DNA of 64,000 nt. It comes from an uncultured Bacteriovoracaceae bacterium. Lineage in GTDB: Bacteria > Bdellovibrionota > Bacteriovoracia > Bacteriovoracales > Bacteriovoracaceae. Position 1 is the first letter of the stretch. Each line of letters begins with the position of its first letter. Of this stretch, positions 48,679 through 58,928 are shown piece after piece. The stretch covers positions 1-64,000 of the forward strand of contig CAXGUD010000022.1 in the NCBI GenBank assembly GCA_964012805.1. Direction: 5' to 3'. Under the pieces are notes generated by a model. It was not told the origin of the DNA and did not search any database. It saw only the letters and a program-made list of their open reading frames with translations. Both the position numbers and the translations under genes were made by a program.

Positions 48679-49824
48679 CTATTTCCTTTTTCCCTCTTTT
48701 AAACCAAGCATTTTAGCTAACTCATCCTGGGCAGTAGTATAATTAAGTGCTGTTTCAACATCTATCAAACCTGATTCAACAGATTTTTTTAAAGATTGAT
48801 TCATCGTAATCATTCCTGTTTTTTCTTGACCTACTTGCATTTGAGAATATACTTGGTGAGTTTTATCTTCTCTTATTAAGTTTCTTATTGCGGTTGTTGG
48901 TATTAGAATTTCCATCCCTAAGACTCTTCCTGATTCAAAAGTTTTTGGAATTAGTTGTTGAGCAACAATGCCTTGTAAAACAAATGATAATAATGTTCTA
49001 ACTTGATCGTGCCTATCAGAAGGAAAAGCATTGATAATTCTATTTATGGTTTGAACACATGAGTTGGTATGTAGCGTACCAAAAACTAAGTGACCTGTTT
49101 CTGCAATAGTTAAAGCTGCCTCAATTGTTTCCGCATCTCTTAATTCTCCCACTAAAACAATATCTGGATCTTGCCTTAATAAAGCTTTTAATGATCTCGT
49201 AAAACTTATTGAATCAGAGCCTATCTCTCTCTGTGTTATAAAACACTTTTTATGAGAGTGAACAAACTCAATTGGATCTTCTAAAGTTATAATATGACCA
49301 GATTCTTTATCATTTAGTCTATCAATAAGAGAAGCTAATGTTGTTGATTTTCCAGATCCTGTTGGACCAGTAACCAAAATTAACCCATTAGAAACATCTG
49401 TAATCTCCATTAAAACATTGGGTAACTTTAAAGTTTTAAAATCTGGAATAATACTAGGTATTTGTCTAAAAACGGCAGAAATATTCCCTTTTGTATGGAA
49501 GACATTGCATCTAAAACGGGCCAAACCTTTTATACCGAATGATAAGTCAACTTCCATATTTTTTTCTAGTTCTTCTTTTTGATCGGCGTTTAAAATTTGA
49601 TAGATCATCCTTTTTGTATCTTCAGCTGTTAAACTCGGCACTTTTACCTTAATAATCTCACCATTAACCCTCATTCCAGGAGGAGCTCCAACATTTAAGT
49701 GTAAATCAGAAGCGCTATTATCAACCATTAATTTAAATAATTGTTGGATTTTTAAATGACTCGCCCCCAAAGCAGCTTTTGTCTTTGTAACTGTTTTTTC
49801 TGTTTCTTTTTTATCGCTCGTCAT
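48679..49824 (-). CDS. pilT: Retraction ATPase PilT
   Basis: GPTGSGKSTT, LRQDPD, AETGHLVFGTLHT, AIRNLIRE. Confidence 0.97.
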   Translation of the reverse strand: MTSDKKETEKTVTKTKAALGASHLKIQQLFKLMVDNSASDLHLNVGAPPGMRVNGEIIKVKVPSLTAEDTKRMIYQILNADQKEELEKNMEVDLSFGIKGLARFRCNVFHTKGNISAVFRQIPSIIPDFKTLKLPNVLMEITDVSNGLILVTGPTGSGKSTTLASLIDRLNDKESGHIITLEDPIEFVHSHKKCFITQREIGSDSISFTRSLKALLRQDPDIVLVGELRDAETIEAALTIAETGHLVFGTLHTNSCVQTINRIINAFPSDRHDQVRTLLSFVLQGIVAQQLIPKTFESGRVLGMEILIPTTAIRNLIREDKTHQVYSQMQVGQEKTGMITMNQSLKKSVESGLIDVETALNYTTAQDELAKMLGLKEGKRK

Positions 49825-49835
49825 TTATTACCTTT

Positions 49836-51512
49836 TTAAAATTTATCAGTGCTCGAGTTTGTAACAACCTCATCTAAAGTTGTTAAACCCTGAACTGCCT
49901 TAATTAAAGCTGACATTCTAAGAGTCTTCATACCTTCCCTAATTGCTTGTTTCTTTATTTCGTCAGAAGATTCATTTTTTAAAATTAGTTCTTTAATTCT
50001 TGGAGAAACATTTAAAACTTCATAAATCGCAATTCGACCTTGGTAACCAGTAGAGTTACAACTTTTGCAACCTTTTCCTCTAAAAACTTTTACCTTTTGA
50101 GCAGAACTTTTTGATATGCCACATGATATTAGTTGTCCAATCGGTATCGAATCTTCCTCTTTGCAGTAAGGACAAATTTTTCTACAAAGTCTTTGAGCAA
50201 CAACTACGTTTAATGAACCAACTACTAAAAAAGGCTCTATCCCCATATTAAGTAATCTTGTTATAGTAGATGCGGCATCATTAGTATGAAGAGTAGAAAG
50301 TACAAGGTGTCCTGTCAAAGCTGCTTCAATAGCTATTTCACCTACTTCCAAATCCCTAATTTCACCAACCATTATAATATCGGGATCTTGTCTTAAAAAA
50401 CTTTTTAATGCAGATGCAAAATCTAAACCAACTTCCTTTCTTATATTGCATTGATTAACACCTTGAAGGTTAAACTCTACAGGGTCTTCAACGGTCGAAA
50501 TATTTGAATCAATTTTATTTAAATCCTCTAGTGCAGAGTATAGTGTTGTTGTTTTTCCTGAGCCAGTTGGACCAGTTACCAAACACATTCCATAGGGTTG
50601 GTAAATACCTTCTTGGAAGTTTTTTAATTGATCTAAATCAAACCCCAATTTTGTCATATCTAATTGCAGATTAGATGAATCTAATAATCTTAAAACAATT
50701 TTTTCTCCGAATAACGTTGGTAGTGAAGATACCCTATAATCAATAGGGCTTTCATTTATAAATAACTTAATTCGTCCATCTTGTGGTTTTCTCTTTTCTG
50801 AAATATCCATTTGGGCCATAATTTTGATTCTAGAAATCATAGGTAACATTAATTTTTTATTTGGCTGTTCAACTTCAATTAAGCTACCATCAATTCTAAA
50901 TCTAACTCTAAATACTTTCTCATAAGGCTCTAAATGAATATCTGATGCCTTCTTAATAAACGCATCTGCTAAAATTTTATTAACATATGAAATAACATCT
51001 TCACCGATATCTTTTTCTTTTATCTCTTCATCTTTTTGATTATCTTTGTCGTCCTTAAGCTCTTTAATTGAACCTACTATTTCTTCAAATGATTCTTTCA
51101 ATCTGTCAAATAATGATTTCCAAGATGATAAATTAGTAAGTATAAATTCAACTGGGTGTTGAAATAGAATTTGTAGATCATCTTTTATGTCTACTACAGA
51201 TGGATCATACACTGCTAGACTAACAAATTTAGCTGTTTTTTGAATTGGAATACACCGATATTTTAAAACATCACTTTTTCTTATTAGAGTAAGAATAGGT
51301 TCTTCAATCCTAGCTTGAGATAGATCTAAAAATGTCATTTCATAATTTTCAGCAACTTGTTTAGCAAATTTAAAATCATCAAAAAAGTCAAACTCTAGTA
51401 ACTGAAATTCCGTTATTCTCTGGTTTTCTTTTTGTTGAAGAAGTGGCCTTAGGTCCTTTGCAGGAATCATTCCTGTTTTTGCGATAACTGTGGCAAACTC
51501 TTTTCTAAACAT
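49836..51512 (-). CDS. pilB: Extension ATPase PilB
   Basis: SDIHLEP, PQDGRI, GPTGSGKTTTLY, CPYC/CKSC Zn motif. Confidence 0.97.
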   Translation of the reverse strand: MFRKEFATVIAKTGMIPAKDLRPLLQQKENQRITEFQLLEFDFFDDFKFAKQVAENYEMTFLDLSQARIEEPILTLIRKSDVLKYRCIPIQKTAKFVSLAVYDPSVVDIKDDLQILFQHPVEFILTNLSSWKSLFDRLKESFEEIVGSIKELKDDKDNQKDEEIKEKDIGEDVISYVNKILADAFIKKASDIHLEPYEKVFRVRFRIDGSLIEVEQPNKKLMLPMISRIKIMAQMDISEKRKPQDGRIKLFINESPIDYRVSSLPTLFGEKIVLRLLDSSNLQLDMTKLGFDLDQLKNFQEGIYQPYGMCLVTGPTGSGKTTTLYSALEDLNKIDSNISTVEDPVEFNLQGVNQCNIRKEVGLDFASALKSFLRQDPDIIMVGEIRDLEVGEIAIEAALTGHLVLSTLHTNDAASTITRLLNMGIEPFLVVGSLNVVVAQRLCRKICPYCKEEDSIPIGQLISCGISKSSAQKVKVFRGKGCKSCNSTGYQGRIAIYEVLNVSPRIKELILKNESSDEIKKQAIREGMKTLRMSALIKAVQGLTTLDEVVTNSSTDKF

Positions 51513-51543
51513 ATACCTATATCTTTAATAAAGTTGTGAAAAT

Positions 51544-51570
51544 TTATCGGTTATATTTAAAAAAGATTTA
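51544..51570 (-). promoter_or_regulatory. sigma28 promoter of pilB-pilT-pilC-pilA
   Basis: TAAA-N15-ACCGATAA, about 31 nt upstream of the pilB ATG. Confidence 0.8.
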
Positions 51571-51596
51571 GATATATAATATTATTGAAATAATCT

Positions 51597-52292
51597 TTAT
51601 GGTTTTTTAATTTTCCAAACTTCTAAAGCATATTTAGCTTGAAGCTTTAGAAGCTCTAAACCGTCTATATACTGGCTTTCTTTTGATAAAAAAAGATCTT
51701 TGTGAGGCTTATGAGAATAATTAAGGTCCCAAAACGTAAAATTAACTCCAATTTCACCATTAAATATGAAGTCCCTTGAGCAGCAATTTACAATAATTGT
51801 TTTTTCTTCTGAATTAAGTTTATTTACTAAAGTTAAGCTTGAAAAATTCTCACTATTTTTTCTAGATAAAATTTTATAAGGAATTAATTTTTTTTCACAT
51901 ATATAGGATAAAACTCTGGACATGACTCCATCACCCAAAATATAAAAACCAATAGATTTATATTTTAACAATTGATTCCTTATTATCTCTTCCAAAGCTA
52001 ATAGGTCTGTATTATAACCCCAATAACCATTTTTATTTTTTGCCAAACAGTTAATTGCTTTAACCTCATTAACCCCAGACGAAAGATTAATCTTATCCAG
52101 AAAGAATGGCTTATAAGGAGTCGTTATACTTACGCCTTCATATTTTGAAAATAAATAATCTAAGGAAGGTATCTTTTCCTCGCATGAGAAATCCAATAAA
52201 TCGTAATTTATTTTAGTTTCCAAAATCTGTTCATACATACTTTGGGACTTAGAGTGCTGGATAGATTTACCAATAAGTGCTAAGTGGATCAT
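51597..52292 (-). CDS. aroE: Shikimate dehydrogenase-like protein (short, divergent)
   Basis: HSKS, SITTPYK, AINC, NTD, DLNY, DGLELLKLQA. Confidence 0.85.
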   Translation of the reverse strand: MIHLALIGKSIQHSKSQSMYEQILETKINYDLLDFSCEEKIPSLDYLFSKYEGVSITTPYKPFFLDKINLSSGVNEVKAINCLAKNKNGYWGYNTDLLALEEIIRNQLLKYKSIGFYILGDGVMSRVLSYICEKKLIPYKILSRKNSENFSSLTLVNKLNSEEKTIIVNCCSRDFIFNGEIGVNFTFWDLNYSHKPHKDLFLSKESQYIDGLELLKLQAKYALEVWKIKKP

Positions 52293-53212
52293 TTTTTAAA
52301 AAATTCCTTAGCCATTTGAATGTCATTTTTTATTTGTAAGATAAGTTCTTCTGTTCCTTGAAATTTTTTTTCGTTCCTTAATTTTTTTAAAAGGTTAATT
52401 TTAATTTCTTTCCCATATAAGTCTAAGTTAAAGTCTAACAAGTGAGTCTCTACGGTTTTTAGCTCATCTGAAAAAGTAGGTTTAACTCCAACATTTGTAA
52501 TGGAATGTATTTTTTTCCCATCGATTTCTGTTATTGAAAAATACACACCTTCTTTTGGTATTAACTTATGTGCTGAAAAATCTAAGTTAGCAGTTGGAAT
52601 ACCGAATTTTTTCCCTCTTCCATGTCCTTTTACGACGAGTCCAACCATAAAAAATTCCCTACCTAATAATTGATTTGCCTCAATTATATTTCCATTAATT
52701 AAAAGAGATCTAACCCTACTGGAAGAGACATTTTCACCAGAAAATAGATATTCATCTTGAAAATGGTACTTTTTTTTATTTTCGTTACAATATTTAATAA
52801 CCAGATCTGGTCCTATAGATTTATTTTTACCAAATGAAAAATCATGACCCAGGTATATTTTTTCGATATTTTTGAGGCAAAATAGATAATCATCAAGAAA
52901 CCTTGTTGTATCCATGACGCTCAGATTTTTATTAAACTCTACTTCTAAAAGATATTTTAAACCATTATCAGAAAATATCTGGCTTCTCTCATGATAATCT
53001 GTGATTAAAAAAGGTTTTGTATCATTTAAAACCAACCTAGGGTGAGGCTTAAAAGTTATAACAACAGGAGTTAAACCTAAGCTTTTACAATCCTGAATCA
53101 TGAATTTCAGAAACGCTGAGTGGCCTCGATGAACCCCATCAAAGTTCCCTAAAGTAATACCAAAAGGACCGTCGCTCTCATCTATGTTTTTTAGGTGACT
53201 TAAAATTTGCAT
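52289..53212 (-). CDS. ribF: Riboflavin kinase/FAD synthetase
   Basis: GNFDGVHRGH, GHDFSFG, SSSRVR, PTANL, ETHLLD. Confidence 0.97.
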   Translation of the reverse strand: MQILSHLKNIDESDGPFGITLGNFDGVHRGHSAFLKFMIQDCKSLGLTPVVITFKPHPRLVLNDTKPFLITDYHERSQIFSDNGLKYLLEVEFNKNLSVMDTTRFLDDYLFCLKNIEKIYLGHDFSFGKNKSIGPDLVIKYCNENKKKYHFQDEYLFSGENVSSSRVRSLLINGNIIEANQLLGREFFMVGLVVKGHGRGKKFGIPTANLDFSAHKLIPKEGVYFSITEIDGKKIHSITNVGVKPTFSDELKTVETHLLDFNLDLYGKEIKINLLKKLRNEKKFQGTEELILQIKNDIQMAKEFFKK

Positions 53213-53220
53213 AATAGTAA

Positions 53221-54912
53221 CTATTTATAAAGATTCTTTTGTAGATCTTTAAAACATTTTCGCTCATATTTGAACCTTTTTTTAGCTCCAGCCTTGCCAA
53301 ATGCATCATTTTCTAAAATCTCAAGGAGGCTCTTGAAATACCTTTTGCTCTCTAATTTTAAATTACATCCATTAAGAATTTCCCTTGGTGAAGCTTTACC
53401 CACCAATAAATCATCTTGTTTTAATAATTGAATAAGTTGGAAGAGCCGAGAATAATTTAATTTTCCACGTTTTGAATCTTTTAATATATTCCTAATATTT
53501 TCATCTAGTACTTTCCTTCGGGCAGATTGCCTTTTGTATAAAAGATCAAAAATAACAAATAAAAGAATGACAAAAAGAACAATATTTAAAATATTATTTT
53601 CCCTTACAAATTTTTCATCTGGATTAAACTGGGGGGCAAGGTAATTATCATGAAAAATAATTTTCTTAATATTATTTTTCGTTGAACTTGGTGTTCTATT
53701 TTTTTCTTTCTCTGTTAAATTTGATTTAAGGAACGAAAGCGAAGGCAAAATAATCTCTTGGGATTTAATAGTTAGAGTACTACTTTCAAAGGTTGAAAAT
53801 AGCTTCTTTCTTTCACTAATAGTAACTTTTTCTTTTCCTATAATAGTGTAAATAAATTGCTTAATCCCACTAGATTTATCTTTAGATAAACTTAATTCAG
53901 TCTGAACATTAAAAACTTCAACTCCTTTCACTTGATATAATATAGGTGGATCCATCTCTTCTAAAAATCCTTCACCTTCAACTCTTAAAAGAAATCTTAC
54001 AGGATCATTTATAAGTGTTGAATTCTGGAGTAATTTAAAATGAAATTTATGATTTCCAACAAGATTAATAAAACCAGGGCCTTTCAAAAACATCGGTACC
54101 TGTTTAACATTAATATCAAATTCAGGACTAACTAATTTGAGTTTTGTTACTCTGGATGAATTTAACTGACTATTAAATCCACTCATGTCTTTTTTAGGAA
54201 TATCAATTGTTAATTCCATGCTATCTATAAAATTTTTCCCTGTATTTGTTGGGAATAAACGAGCAGAATAAATTAATCTTCTGTTGTAAACTGAACCTTT
54301 AAATTGATAAATTTCATCTTTAATTTCAGATACTTTTTTATATCTCTTAAAAAAACCATTTAGCTTTGGAAACTTCATTATATTTGTATCTAAAACATAG
54401 TCTTTAAAATACAAATAGTAATTTAAATTAAAACCTTCACCTTTAAAAAATTCTTTTTTATCAACTTCTCCAACAAAATGGTATTCAGGTTTTTTTTTAA
54501 TTACTTTATCAACATAAAATGAAATTTGATTGATATTTTTCTGTGATTTTTTATCAAAAATTCTAAATTTTCGGATTGTAAAGTTTCCTGATTTCCGTGT
54601 TTTAAAAATATATTTAAACTCTACTTTTTTGATTGTAGTAAATTTATCATTAATTATTTTGTTTGTTTTTTTAATTATTCTTTTATTTTTATTTATTAAT
54701 TCGCAACCATCCAATTCAAAATTAACTTGAGGAATGTAACTTCCTAAATAATTAAAAGAAACTGTAAAGCTAAATGTGGAGTTTTGAATAGGCCGAACAG
54801 GGTTTAATATCCATTTAACATTATTAAATATTTTTTCTGAAGCGAAACAAAACTGAGAAAAAAAAATAATAAAAAAAATAAAACTTTTAAAAACTCTTAA
54901 CTTCATTACCAT
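53221..54912 (-). CDS. BatD-like protein
   Basis: Signal peptide, repeated beta-sandwich segments, C-terminal TM; last gene of the MoxR-VWA operon. Confidence 0.7.
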   Translation of the reverse strand: MVMKLRVFKSFIFFIIFFSQFCFASEKIFNNVKWILNPVRPIQNSTFSFTVSFNYLGSYIPQVNFELDGCELINKNKRIIKKTNKIINDKFTTIKKVEFKYIFKTRKSGNFTIRKFRIFDKKSQKNINQISFYVDKVIKKKPEYHFVGEVDKKEFFKGEGFNLNYYLYFKDYVLDTNIMKFPKLNGFFKRYKKVSEIKDEIYQFKGSVYNRRLIYSARLFPTNTGKNFIDSMELTIDIPKKDMSGFNSQLNSSRVTKLKLVSPEFDINVKQVPMFLKGPGFINLVGNHKFHFKLLQNSTLINDPVRFLLRVEGEGFLEEMDPPILYQVKGVEVFNVQTELSLSKDKSSGIKQFIYTIIGKEKVTISERKKLFSTFESSTLTIKSQEIILPSLSFLKSNLTEKEKNRTPSSTKNNIKKIIFHDNYLAPQFNPDEKFVRENNILNIVLFVILLFVIFDLLYKRQSARRKVLDENIRNILKDSKRGKLNYSRLFQLIQLLKQDDLLVGKASPREILNGCNLKLESKRYFKSLLEILENDAFGKAGAKKRFKYERKCFKDLQKNLYK

Positions 54913-56504
54913 CCCTTATGTTCCCAATCAGTCTTATTTTTATAAATATTTAATATCATTTTAGATCTTTGAATTTTTCTATCCTGACTTAAGGCGTGAT
55001 TGACTATTTGATCTTTAAAAATTGATCTATTATTCATTGGTTGCTTTAATTCGTTTACAAACTTCCTTCTATTTATTTTATTTTCATCCCTTTTTTTATT
55101 TTTTTGAGTGTTTTTAACATTTTTTTTCTTTTTTAATTTATTTTTTTTATTTGAGATAACAATCAAAATATTTGAGTTAATTTTCTTTTCTAACTCTTTA
55201 TATTTTTTGTCATTTCTAAATGTATCTTTGATTTTATTAAAAACTTCAACTCCTTCAATAAAAAGCCCTATCTTTATAAGTAAAGTTCCATAATTAAAGT
55301 AATTGCCAAATTCTTCTCTATTATAGTCTTCCAATAAATTTTCTTCGTAAAGACTTTTACTCATTTTAAATAGATCATTTTTTAGATAAATTTCAGCAAG
55401 CTTCAACCTCTCTATTCTTGATGAACTCCCACTCTTTATTTTAGAGTAAAGAAACCTTTCTAATTTATCGTTAGCCTTAACATCTGGGTTAAAGCCATGT
55501 GAAATAAAAATCCCTATTATCCAAATAAAAGATTTATTAAAAGATTTAAATCGGGATAAAAGAAACGACAAGGATAGTATAAAAATCGCCAATGCAGCTA
55601 TTCTTAAAGTTAACAAGAATTCTTTATTATTTTTTTTTGACTTTTTCTCATTTTTTTTAGTTCCGAAAAACTCTGATATTTTATTTTCTAATGAAATACC
55701 AGGTTTCCAATTCCAATATTTAAAATTAACAAAATCATTTTCTAATTTTTTAAAAAGTCTTTCATTAACCCTTGAATGAACTCTTTTACCTCTATGCAGT
55801 AATGGTTCTTTGTAATTTCCATCTAAGTCAAAACTAGGAACTGCACCACCTAAAAATGAACTAAAATTAATACTAGCTATTTTAACGCCACTAGGTATTG
55901 TAAATTTATTGTTATAATCATGAATATCACCATCTGTTAAAACAAGTATATTACCATTTAATTGGTCGTTTAATGAGTTCTTTTTCAAATAAGCTATGCC
56001 TTTATTTATTGATAAAAATAAATTAGAGCCACCTCTGAAAAGATTAACATCATTCAATATATTTAAATGTGATCTTATTATTTCTTTATCGAAAGTAAAT
56101 GGAACTAAAATTTTGGAAAAGTCGCTAAATGCAATCAAAGAATATAAACTTTCTTTATGACTATTCAAAAATAAACTTGCAAATTCAGAAGCTTTAGAGA
56201 TCCTCGTTGGTCTTACGTCGTTGGCCCTCATGCTCAAAGAGCTGTCTATTAAAAGAATCGTTTTATTTGACTTGTTTATATCATAACTTTGATTACCTAC
56301 CCTGAAATCCAATAGGGAAACAAAAAACAAAATTACTGCAATATAATAAATATTTGTAGAAATCTTTTTAGATTTTGACTTTTTATAAAACCAATATTTT
56401 TTAACAAATTGATAGTAATAGTTATCTTTTTTAATCATAATCCACAAAAAAATAATTAAAAATAATATTATTATATATAAATAATCCAAATTTATTATTT
56501 TCAC
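54906..56504 (-). CDS. BatB/BatC-like VWA plus TPR membrane protein
   Basis: MIDAS DSSLSM, DVRPTR, LTDGD; TPR (FNYGTLL); C-terminal GW. Confidence 0.8.
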   Translation of the reverse strand: MKIINLDYLYIIILFLIIFLWIMIKKDNYYYQFVKKYWFYKKSKSKKISTNIYYIAVILFFVSLLDFRVGNQSYDINKSNKTILLIDSSLSMRANDVRPTRISKASEFASLFLNSHKESLYSLIAFSDFSKILVPFTFDKEIIRSHLNILNDVNLFRGGSNLFLSINKGIAYLKKNSLNDQLNGNILVLTDGDIHDYNNKFTIPSGVKIASINFSSFLGGAVPSFDLDGNYKEPLLHRGKRVHSRVNERLFKKLENDFVNFKYWNWKPGISLENKISEFFGTKKNEKKSKKNNKEFLLTLRIAALAIFILSLSFLLSRFKSFNKSFIWIIGIFISHGFNPDVKANDKLERFLYSKIKSGSSSRIERLKLAEIYLKNDLFKMSKSLYEENLLEDYNREEFGNYFNYGTLLIKIGLFIEGVEVFNKIKDTFRNDKKYKELEKKINSNILIVISNKKNKLKKKKNVKNTQKNKKRDENKINRRKFVNELKQPMNNRSIFKDQIVNHALSQDRKIQRSKMILNIYKNKTDWEHKGW

Positions 56505-57481
56505 AGTTCCTCTTTAATAAAACCAACTCTTATTAATTCTCCAGAAAACAAGAAAAAAATACCCAAAAGTAAAAAAATGAAATAATTATGTTCATAAATA
56601 TTTATTCTTCTTAATTCTGATTTAATATTTTCATCTGTCCCTATTTTTTTTAATATTTGCCTTAAAGCCATTCCATTGGATACAGAAAAGAAACTCCCCA
56701 GTGTCATATTTGAAATAGTTTTTAATGTATCAAAATCTATACTCCCACCAGGAATTTTTTGAAATCCCCCCAAAAATGGATTTGCTGGATTGACTGGTAT
56801 CTTGGCATCTTGATCTTTTCCGATACCGATAGAAAAAAGTTTGATCCTTTGATCCATTAATCTTTTACCCGCTTCTATTGGAGTAACACTCCCTACATTA
56901 CTCACTCCATCAGTTAGTAAAATTACGTATTTATTTTTGGCTTTAGAGTAACTGAAACGACCGGCAGCTAAAATTAATGCATCACCTATATTTGTACCAC
57001 TACCTAAATCATCACCATTGATTGTTTTTATCTTATTTGATAAGTAGTTAGAATCTGAAGTTAATGGTGTGTGAGTATATATTTTTTCAGAAAAAAGAAT
57101 TACTCCATACCTTTCATTTGGATTTAAATCTATAAACTCTTTGATTGTTTTTTTCGCCAGTGACAACCTATTGGGCTTATAATCCATAGCTAACATTGAT
57201 CTCGATACGTCCAAAACAAATACAATATCGTTAATCATTTCTTTTTTTAAAATTGTTTTCTTTTTAGTTTTTGGGTTCATTAAGGATAAAGTTAAAAGAA
57301 GCCAACCAGTTGAACTAAGAGCGAAAACAAAAAACCTTGAATAGGAACGTTTTTTTAAAGGAACACTTTTGGGAAGAATTAATTCTGGTTTCTTAAATAG
57401 TTTAAAAAAATTAATCATCCATATTAAATACCCAAACACACCAACCAGAAACAAAAAATTGTTTTCAAATTCCATTTTCAA
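56501..57481 (-). CDS. BatA-like VWA domain protein
   Basis: DVSRSMLAMD, PLTSD, GTNIGDAL, LLTDGVSN. Confidence 0.9.
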   Translation of the reverse strand: MKMEFENNFLFLVGVFGYLIWMINFFKLFKKPELILPKSVPLKKRSYSRFFVFALSSTGWLLLTLSLMNPKTKKKTILKKEMINDIVFVLDVSRSMLAMDYKPNRLSLAKKTIKEFIDLNPNERYGVILFSEKIYTHTPLTSDSNYLSNKIKTINGDDLGSGTNIGDALILAAGRFSYSKAKNKYVILLTDGVSNVGSVTPIEAGKRLMDQRIKLFSIGIGKDQDAKIPVNPANPFLGGFQKIPGGSIDFDTLKTISNMTLGSFFSVSNGMALRQILKKIGTDENIKSELRRINIYEHNYFIFLLLGIFFLFSGELIRVGFIKEEL

Positions 57482-57544
57482 ACACTATTTTATTAATTTA
57501 TATCAAATGTATTAAGCAAAAATTCTATTTTCTTTTTATAAGAA

Positions 57545-58084
57545 TTAATTATTAAACTTCTTAATCCTTTTACCTTTGATTAATATTGTTAGCATAAACA
57601 CCAAAATTACAATTCCTAGTAATAAAAATTTAATATTATAAGAATAAAATAAATTACTATAACCCATAGAATAATAAGTTATTTCCTTTTCCCTATCTCT
57701 TAAATCTCCAATTGTAATTTTCCTTATTTCTATTGGTATATTCTTAACTCCATTACTCCATATATCAAAAGGAACCTTTTCATAGGGTTTTAAAGCTATT
57801 GCTTTAATAAATATATTTATAACATCATAGTTATTTTTTGAAATTTCAAATTTATAAACGTCATAAACATAAAATATATTTAAAAAGCTTTTACCCTCCA
57901 ATTTCTTTATATCTTCAAATAGATTTAAATTTTTTGGCCAAAAGCTGACCTTTAAATCTACACTATCTCCCAATAATAGATTCACCTTCTTATTTTCATT
58001 TGGCTCTACAATACCCTGTATATTTGAAAAACTATTTGGTAGAAGAAATATAAAAAAAATAAAAGCCAAAAGATAATTCTTCAC
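57545..58084 (-). CDS. Hypothetical exported protein with C-terminal TM (Bat operon)
   Basis: Signal peptide and TM; position between DUF58 and batA. Confidence 0.65.
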   Translation of the reverse strand: MKNYLLAFIFFIFLLPNSFSNIQGIVEPNENKKVNLLLGDSVDLKVSFWPKNLNLFEDIKKLEGKSFLNIFYVYDVYKFEISKNNYDVINIFIKAIALKPYEKVPFDIWSNGVKNIPIEIRKITIGDLRDREKEITYYSMGYSNLFYSYNIKFLLLGIVILVFMLTILIKGKRIKKFNN

Positions 58085-58087
58085 TAT

Positions 58088-58927
58088 TTAGAATATCTCC
58101 CTTAAAAAATAGTTTAAATAATCTTCATTTATGTTTAGAGTTTTTAAATATTTATTTGTTTTATTTTTAAAACTACCATTAATTTGGGCTAACTTTTTGC
58201 CATTCAAACCAAAGTTGGGTTTAAAAAGAAGACTTACTGAATTATTAATTCCATTATCAATGGGTGAAGCTATTCTAAACAAACGCCAATAACTCGAAAA
58301 AATGTAATATGAAAAATCTTTGTTAGTCCACAAATGAAAATCAGAGAAAAATATTACATTTTTGTTACCTTTTTTAGTTTCCAAATAACTTTCCTGTTTC
58401 TTAATTTCAATATTTGATAAACTATAGGAATAAGAAATATTAACCTCTCCATTATTATTCAAAAGGCCTAAATCTTTTAACTTCATTAGAAATTTAAAAA
58501 AACCTTCCTCGCCTCGACCTTTACCTAAGCTTTCTGCTTTTCCTCCGACAAAGAAAACAGACACCCAATCATTAGTTTCTTGAGCCACCAAATATAAAAG
58601 ACAAACTAACTCTATGCAAACATCTAACTTTGATACTTTGTTCAAACCATATAACATTGATGAACTTACATCTAATATAACAGTTAAATTCACATTTCTT
58701 TCTTCTTCATGCTCTTTGACATATGGGCTTCCATTTTTTGCCAACAAACTCCAGTTTATGCCTCTTATGTCATCACCATAAACATAGGATCTATGATCCT
58801 TAAATTGTAAACCATTCCCTTTAAAATTAGATTTGAATTTCCCCAGATTTTCTTTGTAAATGCCTTTAAATAAACTTAGCTTTATGGATGATATTTTTTC
58901 CTTAATTTTTTCTACTTTTTTTTTCAT
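58088..58927 (-). CDS. DUF58 protein
   Basis: GLQFKDHRSYVYGDDIRGINW, EEER, DVSSSM. Confidence 0.92.
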   Translation of the reverse strand: MKKKVEKIKEKISSIKLSLFKGIYKENLGKFKSNFKGNGLQFKDHRSYVYGDDIRGINWSLLAKNGSPYVKEHEEERNVNLTVILDVSSSMLYGLNKVSKLDVCIELVCLLYLVAQETNDWVSVFFVGGKAESLGKGRGEEGFFKFLMKLKDLGLLNNNGEVNISYSYSLSNIEIKKQESYLETKKGNKNVIFFSDFHLWTNKDFSYYIFSSYWRLFRIASPIDNGINNSVSLLFKPNFGLNGKKLAQINGSFKNKTNKYLKTLNINEDYLNYFLREIF

Positions 58928-58928
58928 T

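Noticed and set aside
1836..55293. Many 60-206 aa antisense or alternate-frame ORFs (e.g. 2853..3128, 32070..32468, 35590..36009, 47441..48061)
   Set aside because: They are shadows of well-supported genes and show no independent motifs or RBS.
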